From Dicyema japonicum (Eukaryota > Animalia > Dicyemida): a DNA stretch of 64,000 nt. The notes beneath the pieces were generated by a model. It was not told the DNA's origin. It did no database searches and saw nothing but the letters and a program-made list of their open reading frames with translations. Where the stretch lies: NCBI GenBank assembly GCA_011109175.1, contig RDEW01000070.1:104486-168485 (forward strand), read 5' to 3'. Both the position numbers and the translations under genes were made by a program. Below, one piece after another: positions 27,130 to 39,872 of the stretch (position 1 is the first letter of the stretch; every line of letters starts with the position of its first letter).

Positions 27130-28130
27130 CCCATGATCGCGTAAAAATCAAACTAACTATCACGTGATCCCGCTGCGTTCAATCAAAAACCTCATCTTGC
27201 CTGGTGTTCCTATCTGTATCCGCATATAACCACACCGGGCTGCTAACTGAATTAACGGGGGCGCATCCTCGCATCCAAGACTGCAGTGGCATAAAGCTTC
27301 TTAAAAAATTAAAATTAATTCCAAAGAACACTGTAGTGTCTGGAATAGATTATTTATTCATTTAGCCCCAAGACCACCAGGAAAGATATGTCAAAGCTAA
27401 CTAATTAAATGATCCTAGCCTCCAGCAACATCCGAACTCTCTTCAATTGGTCTTTCGATGATCCAACCACACTCCGGAAGCGTCTTCTCTGCTTCTGCAA
27501 AGGAATTCAATCGGCGTGCACTTTTTTATTACCGACCGAAATTCATCTGCATGGGTTACATTTTCCTTGAATGGGTTTCCCAGTTCTTTGCAGAAACGTA
27601 GGAAACCCTAGCCATTTTTCAACGTTGTTTCATCAGAAACGAGGTCGCCAATGGGGATGTCCGTGTGGTGCATAATTCTCTGCCTGAGGGAGTTCAAACG
27701 GTCCACTCTAGAAAGAGAAATCGCAAACCTCCAGGTGGAGCAGGCATATTCAATGGTCGGTATGATTACTTGTTGATAGACCTTGCTGATGCAATCAGCC
27801 GGGGGGAAAGCTCTTTTTTATCATCGCATTCAGAATGTTCTATTTCCGAGACCTTGGCGAGCACCTCCTCCACGTGACTCGAAACGGCAACAGAGTCGAA
27901 AACTATACCAACGATCTCTGGGTCCGCGTAGAAGGGATGGGAGTGTTTCCGATAGGAAATCTCAAGCCCATTTTTAAACCTTCTGTCCGTAGTGAATAAT
28001 GTGAACTGAGACTTGGATGCTGATACACATAACATATTTGCAGATAGCCAGTCACAAATTCGGTTTAGGTGTGTCTGAACAGTTGCTACAGCCATGGAAG
28101 GAGAATAGATGTAATTATTTTTTGCAATTC
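27130..28130 (-). mobile_element. I-group (Jockey/Ingi-like) LINE 3' remnants
   Basis: QTHLNRICDWL...SASKSQFTLF...P.IVGIVFD..SHV matches the RT thumb, as in 39873-40583. Family terminal motif at 27401 and 27157. Confidence 0.6.
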
Positions 28131-29171
28131 TTCTGGAATTTATTCTGTTTTTAATGATAAAATAATAAAAATTGGTATAATTTAATAAAATATATAATAT
28201 AAATTTAAATTTCATTTCTCAATTTGGTTCTTGTGGTTTATTAGTTTGTAATATGCTAAATTGGTGGTTTGTCCTTAAGCCTGAACGTAACGTCTGATGA
28301 CATCTGATCTGGTAGACGTGAGTTAGAATCCAAAAGATGGAGTTTTCAGCGAAGGCCAATTCTCGTCAAAAGATCCCACCCGTGAGGTGACGAGTCTTTA
28401 GAATACTATCTGCAAAATGAGATTTTTAAAATAGATTAGATAATCGTGTCAACTATGTGCTGCTTCAGACAGGTAGTCTTCTAATTTTTTAATTTTTTTG
28501 CGATTTTGTGCTGGATGAGATTCAAACCCGAATTCTTATGTGCATCCGACACTTTCTTTGTCATAATTTTGGGTTTTGTGTCTCCGCGATCTTGTCTGTG
28601 CTCACGAAAAGAAATCAAGACTAGGACGTTTAGCACAATGGGGGTACATCGCTACCTGACCTTACGACTAACTAACCACATGGCTAACTGGTCCACGTAG
28701 GTAATTTTAAAAATAAGTAAGTTTTCAATGACTAAAAAATGATTTTTTCCGTTCGATATTTGTCATACAATATCAAGGTTAGGGACCACGAAGGAATGAT
28801 TCCAAATAAAGAATAAGTCAGAATTCATTATTTTAGCAAAGACAGGCAAATAAAGCAATGATGCAGCGTTATAGGCACCGGACTGAATTCAGATGCTTTC
28901 CGGTACGAACATCGCTTTGCCAATTGAAGATTTCTTGTATCTATGATGCTTTCTGGTTTGACATGTGACGCCACTCCAAGTAATCAGATTGTCTTCAGGG
29001 ATTGTTTTACAAAAAAAAAAAAAACAAGTAAGAACACTCTTGATGCCTTGGTACTCTCCGGCGATTGACTCTTTATTACTAGATGCTATCATAATTAGTT
29101 TTAGTTTGGGGTTTTTAAATTTGCATATTGATGATTTAAATTTGCAATTAATTGCAATTAAAATTGCATAA

Positions 29172-29385
29172 TGGTTTGACGAGTGACGCCGTCATCAGTG
29201 AATACTCACTGCGGAACTGGATTGTCTAGAAAGGACACTCACACAAGAAAAAGAAAAAAGAAGTGAAGATCATTCCTTGGTTCTCCGATTAGTTAAAAAT
29301 AACTGTTCTTTACTTAAATAAAGTGTGTGTCCTGCCTATGCGGAGCTATAAATACTATGGCTCTCGTGAAAAGGCTTTATATTAT
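29172..29385 (+). mobile_element. tRNA-derived SINE, 5'-truncated young copy
   Basis: Almost identical to the reverse complement of ~58200-58415. Ends GGCTCTCGTGAAAAGGC plus an AT-rich tail. Confidence 0.85.
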
Positions 29386-29525
29386 TATTATATTAAAATT
29401 GCATATTAATTTTGTTGCTATAAACAACAACCGCAAACCACAAACATGTTAAATACAGTAAAAATTAGTTATAAAATGTCCATTAAATACTGATAATCAA
29501 GTTTATCAGATAAATTGTTTTTGAA

Positions 29526-30463
29526 ATGAAATTTAAAATGATTTATCATCACTTTAATACTAAATTGGTCATACTTTTGGTTATTTTTTCGACCGCGATT
29601 TTTGTTTTTAAATCTCACAGGGAAACGAAATCTTATAAATTTTAACGTAACCAAAGAAAAAAATGAAAACGAGATCTTGTTGGTCAGTGCTTGTTACGAC
29701 ATTGGAAAAGTCGCAAAATATGGCTTTACTCGTAAACCAACAGATTATTATAAACTTATGGAAAACTTTTTCTACATAAAAAACCACATTGTGTTTTATT
29801 CAGATATCAGAGTATTCTTAATTACATGAAAGCGATCAGAAGAGATCTTCCTACAACTCTGATATACTTGGATAGAAAAGAACTGCTTGGTTTTAAAAAT
29901 ATTGATGAAATAAAACATATCTTCACCCTTCCTGGGTTCGGTAAATTTTTTTTGGAGACTGCAAATTATAAATACGCTGCATCGTGAATTCTAAGGTTGA
30001 TTTTCTAAAACGAACAATCAAACTCTTCTCAAACAAATTTTCATATATTGCTTGGATTGATGCCGGTTATTTGCGGGACGAAAAGTATACGGAAGAGGTC
30101 ATTTTGAAAAAATCCAAGTACGTTGACGATACAAGAGTGACTACTAGTATAGTTGTTCCTTTTGGTGATTACTCAATGGAAAAAATCATTAAAGAAGCAT
30201 CAGTATGGATTCCAACAGGATTTTATGTTGGTCAGATTAATATAATTAACGAATTTTGTGATGCTTACGAAAAATTCTTTTACGAACTATTATCGAGGAA
30301 GTTAATTGCAACTGATGAACAAGTCCTGTACTCCATGTTTACGACCGAGGGACTTACATTAAGGAGTGATTCAGTTAAACTGAATATATTTCATTGTAAT
30401 TATTTTGGACTTATTACACTTCTAACAAACGTTAAAACGGCGAATTCCTGTCATTCCTTATAA
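29526..30463 (+). pseudogene. HtrL/YibB-family putative glycosyltransferase, copy 1 (three apparent frameshifts)
   Basis: ATG at 29526, hydrophobic N-terminal anchor, collinear with 41664-42602. Small deletions at ~29640, ~29806 and ~29981. Either a pseudogene or sequencing error. Confidence 0.75.
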
Positions 30464-31179
30464 TTCGTTTTTATTAATAATATTTGGTTTTATATTTTTA
30501 CATGATTTATATGTATCATTATTTCACTAAATGTCTATTTAGTGAAATAATAGATGAAAGGAGTCCACAGGGATTCATTTAAGTTCTCTGTTATTCAACG
30601 GATTTCCGTTTCCGAGATCGCCAAATACGAGATCTCTGATATACGCAGACGATGTACTACTGTCTGACGTGTCGTGATCGAATTTATATGGAAGAGATAA
30701 AAGACTTGTGCGGGCTCTAGGGATTAAATTGTAAGAAGAAAAATTTAATGCAATTAAGTTTTTCGGTCTAAATGAAAAATCGTCAGAAAAGCTCCCTATG
30801 TGGAATCAACAAAGTATCTCTGAACAGCTTTTGGAAAAAACTGGGAGTACGTTATATAAGTATTCATATGCTTATGAGTAACACGTGAGTGAATTTACTT
30901 AACTGACAAATTAATCGATAATAGTTTTTTTACTGCATATATTTCCTTCTCATACAAATGGTTTGGTTTAACACTATGATACTTAGATTTCCCCAACCCT
31001 AACCATTAAAGTAAAAAACACACTACAGTCGACCTCTAATTGAAGCACGTAATGTCCGAAATCAGAGGTTTCTCCAAAACAAAGGTTTTCCATATAACTT
31101 GTCCGCGGACACGCTTACTATAATAAGTTATTTTTTTTTATATTTATATTAATTTTTTTAAATAATAACAATTTATTGA

Positions 31180-31698
31180 AGAATAAAACCAAATAGTTAA
31201 AGGCTACTGGCTGATCTCAGGATTGAGAGCGCATTTCCCCTTACGATCAGTAAGGAGATGCGCTCAATGAGCCAGCCCTTCTCTCTGACATCCCTCCTCC
31301 TTTTAGCGACTAACGATCCAATTTTGTTGAGCAGGGCTAACGACCTGCTTCCTATGACTCCCGAAGTTTCGACTGCGACTGGTTCAAATGTGTACTGCTC
31401 GCCGAGGCATGTGTACTTCTTTGCTTTAAGTATTTCTGCTTTCTCTGCAGCTGAGCCTGGATTTGTCGCACTCATTGTAATATTGGAAGGCGAGAAGCTA
31501 TCTACGCAGGTGGCATCCCAGGCCAGGTACTTCCCAGCATCCCACGGGAACAGAGTCGCTCCATCCGGCCTTCTGTTTGCCGTGGCAAGCCCTAGGGGCT
31601 CTATCTGGACAGGGAATCCGGCAGCTTCTAGTCCCCACGCAATAACCTTGTTGATTGCACTATGTCTCAGGCTCTTTCGGCAGGAAAGTGCGTATTAA
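31180..31698 (-). mobile_element. CRE element, third subfamily, 3' fragment
   Basis: RRPDG, WDATCVDSF, KAKKY, FEPVAVETSG, ERISLLIVRGNA. A decayed relative lies at ~63290-63430. Confidence 0.85.
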
Positions 31699-33029
31699 TT
31701 TTTTATTCCTACCGTCACTTCCTTTTGAATTGTTAAAAATCATGAAAATATTCTGCAATCAATCAAAAATATTTTGCCTCTGGGGTTTCCATCAAACTTA
31801 AAGTTTTTAATATTGATGGTTCACATTCTATATCCTCAGAGATTTATTTATGCAATTAAAGTGAGATTGTAGAAAAATTTTTTGCTAGCAGTTAAAAATA
31901 ATATCAACATTACTCCATGCATCTGAGATTGTTGTTGCCACTTACCGCAAATTAATTTGGATAGAGATTCGATAAACAATTCTGATCCTCTCGAAAAACA
32001 TAAGAAATCGATTAGATAGTTCAAATTATTATCTTAAAAATTATTAATGATTCCAGCGTCCAAGGATTGAAGAAATAACGTCGTATTTTTTGGCAAAAAT
32101 AAAAAAATCGATATTACTAAAAATTGATATTTTGTGGCAGCGTTATCCAATAACCAGGATTTATTCTTTATTGAAAATTCATTTGTTCATTAATTTTTTG
32201 AAGCCAGGATGCATAAATGTTTTTTTTTCATCCACGCATTTTCTAAAGGTGTTTTCCCCTAAAATAGAAGTGCATACATAGATGAGCTTGGAAGACTCTC
32301 TTCTAAAACTATGTCTTCCATAAAGTCCCTTTTCTTCCAATTAACACTCCTAGGTAGTGTAAGTTAACGGCATCTTTTACTCAACAACTATTTTTCACCT
32401 CCTTTTGTAATTTAATTTTTATCCCACATATGAAGGTTTAGATTACCTTAGAGACATACCATGTTCTCGACAGATAACTTTTCTTTTGGAATATTTTACT
32501 ATCTCGTAAAAATATCTTATGTCTGATTTTGGGAGAAGTTATACGATGTTATATCCTGCATCATTAGTTAGTAGCCCCGACCTCCCTATCTTGTAGAAGG
32601 TTTGCCGTCTCAGTCGTCTGTACGTCTACTCACTGGAGGTCACATATCTTCGATGCTCACAGGAGGTTCAGGACAGGAAAAAGCTTCTCGTATCATCATT
32701 GATAGTTAGTCTGATAATGCAACCCAAGAAACGGACTTGTTTCTAGAGAAGAAGTGCCCAGAACGTAATTACGATAGAGTCTTCTTTGATTCTTTGTCGA
32801 GAATAGTCTTCGAGTCATCCACCAATGGAGGCGGGCTTGGTTAATAATTATAATATAAATATCAATATTGGCCTTATAACTGTTTCAACAAAATTTAAAA
32901 TTGCTTTTATATGTCTAATTGAACTTAAGACAAAAAATATCCTGGCGAATTTTCTAGCAACAGGTTTTTATCGAATTTTTCGTCTAAGAAACATTTCACA
33001 TTAGCAGGTTTTATTATTTTATTACATTT

Positions 33030-33200
33030 GAGACGTCTGGTTCCCTTGCGCCTGCGAACGCTGGAATTCTTGAGTCGTCTAGGGAATCGGATCGCTACAC
33101 GAAAAAAGACCCTCGTGAGCGCTGCTGGTTATTTGAGCGAATCTCGCTCGCTATCCTAGAGAGATAGCCACGCAGTCATGGCAGCTTCTATATAACCGTT
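33030..33200 (+). mobile_element. CRE-like 3' remnant
   Basis: SRLGNRIAT..KDPRERCWLFERISLAIL, related to 36130-36320. Confidence 0.6.
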
Positions 33201-34015
33201 TACTCTATTTTCTTTCTTCATTCACAGATGGCACTGTAAAAATCTGATTTTCTCATTCCATTTACCGAATCTAGGATAAATAAGGTCACTAATGATCAGT
33301 CGAATATGATTTTCCTTGCATAAGTTGAACAGTAAAGTTTTCAAAACTTGTTGAAGGTATTGGATATAATTTTACTCTTCCTACGATTCACAAAAAGTTA
33401 AGAAAATTTCTTACCAGAAGGAGAAGTTGTTGAAAATTATCGTAAAAATAACTAAGATTTTTGATGGAAATTGAATTTTAATCAAATGGAATGGCAGGTT
33501 GGCACGAAATAGGATCATTTGCTCTCCCACTCCACTGGAGGGGTTTCCACAATTGCAAGGAATGGACGTCTTTTACATTTTATACTGGGTCCGGATGTAC
33601 TTGCGTGACCAGTTCCAGGTTGGCACAAAATAAAGACCATTTGCTCTCCCCCACTCCAGTGGAAGATTCTTTCCAACTGTCTACTGTTATCCTCTCGTAG
33701 GCTCCACAGGAAGGTTCGTACGCCATGCGTCACGAGACACGTTCTAAAATGCTATTTGAGGACAGTTGTTTGTACACATGCATGGATATTTCTATCGACT
33801 TCCAACTATCTCAGGTACCCCAGTAGAATTTATTCCTACAATCCATGTCATCACATAAGGAATAACATGGACTTTCATCAATACATATCCCTAATTCGTT
33901 TACGAGAAAAGCATACTTCCGCTTCTTCTCTATCTTTAAATTTTTTTTATATTTGATAAAATTTATAAAATAAATTTAAAATTATTATTTTCAAATCTGG
34001 TTCTTGTTAGTCGAT

Positions 34016-34803
34016 ATGTCAATAAATGATTGCTACCACGAAAATGGAGTAATTTTATTTTCAGGAGAAAGGTATATTAAAACAACACATAAACAGATAT
34101 TTAATCTACGCTAATAACGTAAAGGGCGAATTCAAGCCACAGAATAGTTACCTTCATTTTTTCGGGAAGCCGCTAACTGGTGAAATTTTTCTCACCTCGC
34201 ACAGAGTAATTTTAAATTTGATTTTGATGATTTTTCGCCATTCTGATCCAAGGAATGACTTCAAAACGCTCTCCATGCCATTTTTCTGTTTGAAGAAAGT
34301 CTCTGTTGAACAGCCTGTCTTCGGTGCGAACTACGTGGAAGGGTCCACTTTCATCCGCTATGAAGTTGACGACAGACCGATTCCGCTTACTTTCAAGTTA
34401 ACCTTCAAGCACGGCGGCGCTATTGAATTTGCTAAGTCGTTACACGTGGCTGCCCAAAACAGTACTTTGATTTTTATACTAGTAAACCACAATTTAAACT
34501 CCGGTATGTATCCAGAATTTCGACCTGCCGACGGGCCTCCACCATATACTGAGAACCTATATGGGGGATATAACACAGCATATGACTACCAGTATAATCC
34601 TCCAATCGATGAAACTCTTTATAATTTTGCTCCGTATAATGCCTTTCCGTCTGCTCCACCGGGTTTGTTGGTGGATGTAATTTGTAGCCAATTCTCTGTA
34701 CGTCTATGACTCTTCACCCCCATATCCTGGAGTTACAAATGAGCCTCGTACTGGGAATCCACCTCCACAGTATGGTTTCGTGGAGTATTATAAGAAGGCT
34801 TAA
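34016..34803 (+). CDS. WBP2: WW-domain-binding protein 2 (GRAM-like domain + PPxY motifs)
   Basis: ATG at 34016. Introns 34072-34096, probably 34206-34226, 34462-34482 and 34663-34687. Motifs SMPFF.LK.V.VEQPVFGANYVEG, FKLTFKHGGAIEF, PPPY, PPYPG, PPPQYG..EYYKK*. Needs one extra C at the CCCC run 34717-34720. Confidence 0.85.
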
Positions 34804-34837
34804 TTAATTATTGACTTTATTCTATAAATTAAATATT

Positions 34838-35300
34838 TTATTGCTTAATGGTGATTTTTCTTTTATTTTTTGATTTTGCTGATTCTTTGACTCTGATGTT
34901 TAAAATGAAGAGGGTTAGCACTTTATTGTCGTCATCGGGAGTTCTAAAAGTGGGTACAATAAGTCTGCTTAGACCACCAGGAGTGACTTGTCTTAGCAGC
35001 GCATCTTCTACTAGCTTCCTGATAGTGATTTGAGTAGACAATTCAATCCAGAATTTGTAGTTAGCTAACACACCGTTTTACAGGCTTCATACAATTTCTG
35101 GAGCTTCATAATCATATTGATCTCTGAAAGCGTCTGCATTCTGCAGTTACGTTTCTTTTAACTATACCTGTTTCCTTTACTTGAAAGGATCGAGTAAATC
35201 AATAAGATTGTGAAACTAATCGAATCTTATGGATTAATAGTAAACGCAGCCCGCAACTGACTATGGAGGTTTTATGTACTTTCTCTATGACAATCACCAG
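34838..35300 (-). CDS. Hypothetical spliced gene convergent with WBP2
   Basis: 77-codon terminal frame and micro-intron-like GT..AG segments upstream. Stop codon 35 bp from the WBP2 stop. No recognised domain. Confidence 0.3.
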
Positions 35301-35809
35301 TAGCTTAAACTCTCCTCTTCTTATTGATCAATTCGCTCATACACGCATAAATCAAAGATTCTATTATCACACACTTTTTTGTATTTATAATTTTATGTTA
35401 AAATTACAGCTGTAATGATTAGAATGAAAATGTTACTAAAGTTAAAGGTCAATATTATGCACTAACTGCCCACTGCGCTTCGCACATAGATATACTCTTA
35501 TCACTTGGGACTTGCTCACGCTGTATCTAACATAGTATTGATCTCCAAAATCTTATTTTAACATTCTAGAATAAATTATCAAATAAAATATTAAATGTGA
35601 TATTTCAAGGTTTTCTAAAGTTGTATTATAAAGTAAAGTCTTTTACTTAAGAACCCAGGATTACGAAGACGTTCCCTCTGATCACCACCACTTCGAGCTT
35701 CTGCCTCAACCAGAGTCCTTCGGAGGCTCTTTAGACTATAATCTTAATCAATAATTGAATGATAATCAAAAGTGTCATAAGTGCACGGCAAAAAGGTCTG
35801 AAGCCCCCT

Positions 35810-36075
35810 AGTTCGAATTTCGCTGTTGTAGACTCCAGCTGAAGGTTCCACGTATCAACGATGCTTTGTCTTGACGAATGACGCATTGCATTGCATTGCG
35901 GTACCGGATCGTCTATAAAGGACTCACAAATAAAAGACTCACACGCAAAAAAAAGAAAAAAGAAGTGAAAAGCATTCCTTGGTTCTCCCATTCTAAGATT
36001 AGTTATCATAATTTTTTTACTTAAATAAAGTGTGTGCTCTGCCTGGGCGGAGATATAGGTAATAGGCTCTCGTTT
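35810..36075 (+). mobile_element. tRNA-derived SINE, degenerate copy
   Basis: TTCGCTGTTG...GAAGGTTCCACG...ATTCCTTGGTTCTCC...TTACTTAAATAAAGTGTGTG...GGCTCTCGT, collinear with the other copies. Confidence 0.75.
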
Positions 36076-36129
36076 ATAGTGCGGTTTTTAACAGTCCCAA
36101 CAATTTCCCGATAATGTCAAATTTGTTAC

Positions 36130-36320
36130 TCTTGCTATGGAGAGTTCCGGATCCTACTCCCCTTCTACATTCGAGTTTTTCGGACGTCTAGGAAACCGGA
36201 TCACCTCATGCACTGGAGATCTCCGTGAACGCCACTGGCTGTTTGAGCGAATTTCGCTAGCAACTCTGAGAGTGAACAGCCACGCAGTGAGGGCGGCATC
36301 TGACCTAACTAATATTTTGT
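36130..36320 (+). mobile_element. CRE-like 3' remnant
   Basis: AMESSGS...FFGRLGNRI...RERHWLFERISLATLRVN. Confidence 0.7.
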
Positions 36321-36649
36321 CCTTATGTTTTTTAATAAAGTTATTTAAACCAAAAAAAATTAAGTAAAATGGTACAATTGGCTAAATAGATTTATATTAA
36401 AAATATTTATTTAAGATTAATATTTAATTCAAAAATATATAAAGTTGATAAATTAATAGTTTTTTATTAAAATAATTAATTCCTATTTTAAGATTTTCAT
36501 TTCATTCAGTTCAATAATTTTTCTGTTATATTTATTAAAAATTGTTAATGTGAGCCCTGACTTCGGTGAAACTACCGGATTCTCTATATTTGGGATTCTT
36601 TTATTAATAGCTTCTCTGATGTTTTTTCTTTGAGATACTCAAATTATTA

Positions 36650-37850
36650 CGTTTTTACTCATCGAATGGTTAAGTAGAATACTCCAATGTTCAGATTAGA
36701 TTAGTTAGTTAAGTAACCCCAGCCTCACTAACTTGCAAGAGGCCAGCATCTATTGAGTAGTACGCAGCAGATGTTGGTCGCTCCCATAGATCAGTCAGTT
36801 CCAATTCAGTGCCAATTCACGTCCCTTGAAAGAGAGGATTCTGATTGGTCTATTGGAGGAGGGGGTCGCTGTAATATTTTATTGTCTCCGAGTCTTCAGA
36901 TGCTTCTCGTAGAAACAAAATCGTGTGTCTGTTTCAGACGACTCCTATCATTGGGGATGGAAGAAATGGATGATAACATCCGAGACAGGTCACTGGTTGT
37001 CATAATAATTTTCCTTTCGTTTTGCGGCTTGCATAGGGAGTGGCAGAGATGTTCTAGACTGTAGGCTTGGGAGAGGAACTGCAGGGCTCTCATTTCCAGA
37101 TGGTCTCCAATTGGAAGGATCTTTGACTCCCAATGTAGATGATCGACAGGAGTTGATCTGAGACTGAGTTATTATTAAATCACATTTACTGGTATAAACT
37201 ATTTATTTCGAGCTTTTCGTTTAATTAGTTTATTTATTTTATTAACCCGAAATCATAAGAAAGAGGATAAAAGTTATCGTCTAATTAAGTGATCCCGTGT
37301 CCATACCAGTCCTTTTCCTGCGGTTAGCTTTGGAGTCCTGGATTAATCTCCAAGCGGGAAAGTTTCTTTCATATTTCGGGCAGGCGTCCATATATAGTCT
37401 GATGTGCGGTCCGGGGATGGTAAAGGGGTTTGCCATCTTGAAGAAGTCCCGGTGACGTTCCGTAGGGTATTCCATGATTGGGGACGTTTAGTGTTTTCCG
37501 CAGTAACGAGGTGGACGTCTTTTTCAACGATCTCAATAGAATCCTGAGACATCGAATTTTTAAAACCTCCAGCTAGATCTGTGCCGATATTGATAAAGGG
37601 ACAATCCATGTAGCACAGGAGTGCTCGATACTAGGTAGAACAAATTGTTTGTATAGAAACTCTAACGATGAATGGGAAGATACTCGAGAGTGAGTGAAAG
37701 CCTTGAGAATACCAATTTTCTTTTGGATCCTCGCGATTACTATGTCCACTTGATGGGTAAATGTAAGTAGGGGACCAGGATGACTCCAAGGATTTAAAGG
37801 GTCTTCTTAATGGAAAGCGGGGAGTCAACAATGTTATTCCTTATGTTGCC
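36650..37850 (-). mobile_element. Two stacked I-group LINE 3' remnants
   Basis: LPIGDHLEMRALQFLSQA..HLCH and LTDLWERP..A in the first; HIRLY..CPKY in the second. Each ends in the GG(G)WTCACTTAA(T/C)TA motif (36705, 37281). Confidence 0.6.
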
Positions 37851-39589
37851 CGTATTTCTTTTCGTGCTAAGGTAAACGTCATTACATGTGACTTTCCTGA
37901 TGATATATTCAGACGCTTCTTCAGAACCCAAGAACTATCAGGTTTAGTAGATCTTGCACGGACCGTGTCGCCTCCTCGATTCTACGCTTTTCGTTTAAAA
38001 TAAGAGTCAATTCTTAAATATTTATTTTATATTTTTAAATTTTTTTAAATTGCTATTTTAATTTGAAAAAAAGCTATAAATAATAAACTAAACCAAGAAG
38101 GCGAATTGGCTTATGTTATATCAACTTTCATGCTTTTCTGTCTAAATAGCATAATTACAGTAAGACCCGATTCAGTATTATCTTCACGATTATTACTAGT
38201 AGTCTGTTACTCAGTGTAGAAGTTTTACTGTGCGTCGTAGGCTCTTCAGAAGTCGTGGATTCATATTTGTTGTCTCTTGTTGGATTCTTGTGTCCTAAGG
38301 TAATTTTTGACACTTCGAATGGTTGTTGGTTTAGGCTTAATTTTACATGTCACTAATTTTAGAAGTTAAAAACCCGCCTTAGCTTCTAAAAGTAGTCCAT
38401 TAGAACATTTAAAAGCATCACCGTCACTCTTAAACTCAGTGATCGAAGTTGTCTTCCTCGTTATTTGGCCGCCTTTAGTTGAACAAGTAGTTGTACCGAT
38501 AGTTGACGAAGTGATACCTCATTTCAACTTTTTAGCATTCGAATGAGTTCTCGTTTCTGATGTCTCACGTTTTGCAAAATCTAATTGCACGCGCTCGTTC
38601 AGACTTTACTAAATTTTAAAAATTAAATTACTTCCACAGTCCGAAGTTCAAAAGATTCACTAACCTCTGATGTATTGTAACAAATCTCAATTTGTTTTCA
38701 AATTTGTTCCTTAATCCTTGTTTTAGACGAAAAAATACAATTCCAAGCTAAATATCGAGTTCCATGGAGATTTCCTAAATCAAAGAACTTTTCCATTGGA
38801 CACTCCTTCCTTGTAAACTCGTCGAAAGTGACATAAATATTCTACCGAATCATGTCTCTGACATAATTTTTCTCAAATTTTAAAATACAACCAACTTTCT
38901 AAAATACTAAATTTAATCAAAATCTAAAACTTAAAGATAAAATTCAATTGTTGTAAAAACTATGTCCCATCAAGGTTCCCCCAACCTTCACATTCCCAAC
39001 ACATAGATTCTTTGTTAGTTTTAAATCCCTGAGATAAGTAAGGATTCCAATTAGGATCTTCGACAATGATGTTCTTTAACTGTCCCGATATCTCGAAACC
39101 TGTCTTAAACTGAGAAATTTATATTTTTAGAAATGGTTATTCTCATCGAAGCTATTAATCCACCATGGTAACCAACAAATGTGAAATGGATCATTAAACT
39201 TACATGTTTGATGTTGATGCAATCGAGATATTTATTTCGGATCAGTAAGCACAGTCAATTAGAAACACTCGAATTGTTAAATGATTAACACTATGATCCA
39301 TTGAAGGTTGATCAGGCGATCCATAAACTTCCAAGATAATAAGGAGAGTTGTAGGAGAGAAATCTTTTATGGCCATGAAGCTTGGGCTTCCAGGTACAAT
39401 CTCAATACATGTTCAAAGAACCTCCAATGAGTTCCACAATTCAGTAGAAAACATACTTGTAGACTCATAATTCCCACAAAATAAGAGAGATATTCTGAAT
39501 TGTTATTCTAAATAAGAGAGATATTCTGAATTGTTATTCTGCTTCTGCTTCAGACCCAGGACATGCTTCGAAGCAGGCCGAGGAACGAA

Positions 39590-39810
39590 AGAGGAGGAAG
39601 TACCAGAGAATTTCGGAGGAGTATATATTTGTTCCATTCGCGGTGGAAACGTCAGGAATCCTTGGCCCCCAAGCAGATGAGTTGGTTCGTAAGATCGGCT
39701 CCATGATTCAAGCTGTGACCAAGGATCCGCGAGAGACTGGTTGGTTCCGAGAACGTATCTCGTTGGCTATTGTTAGGGGAAATAGCATGGCCATTCAGAT
39801 GCCTTAATTT
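39590..39810 (+). mobile_element. CRE-like 3' fragment
   Basis: KRRKYQ..YIFVPFAVETSG.LGP, PRETGWFRERISLAIVRGNS. Confidence 0.7.
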
Positions 39811-39872
39811 TGAACTCTTTTTCATTAATAAATTTTCCTATTCTAAATTAAACTAGATTTGTCTTTAGTACA

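Noticed and set aside
38150-39480. Possible gene or piggyBac-like relic on the minus strand
   Set aside because: Short protein-like stretches (YVTFDEF..CP) but many stops in all frames and no consistent splice model.
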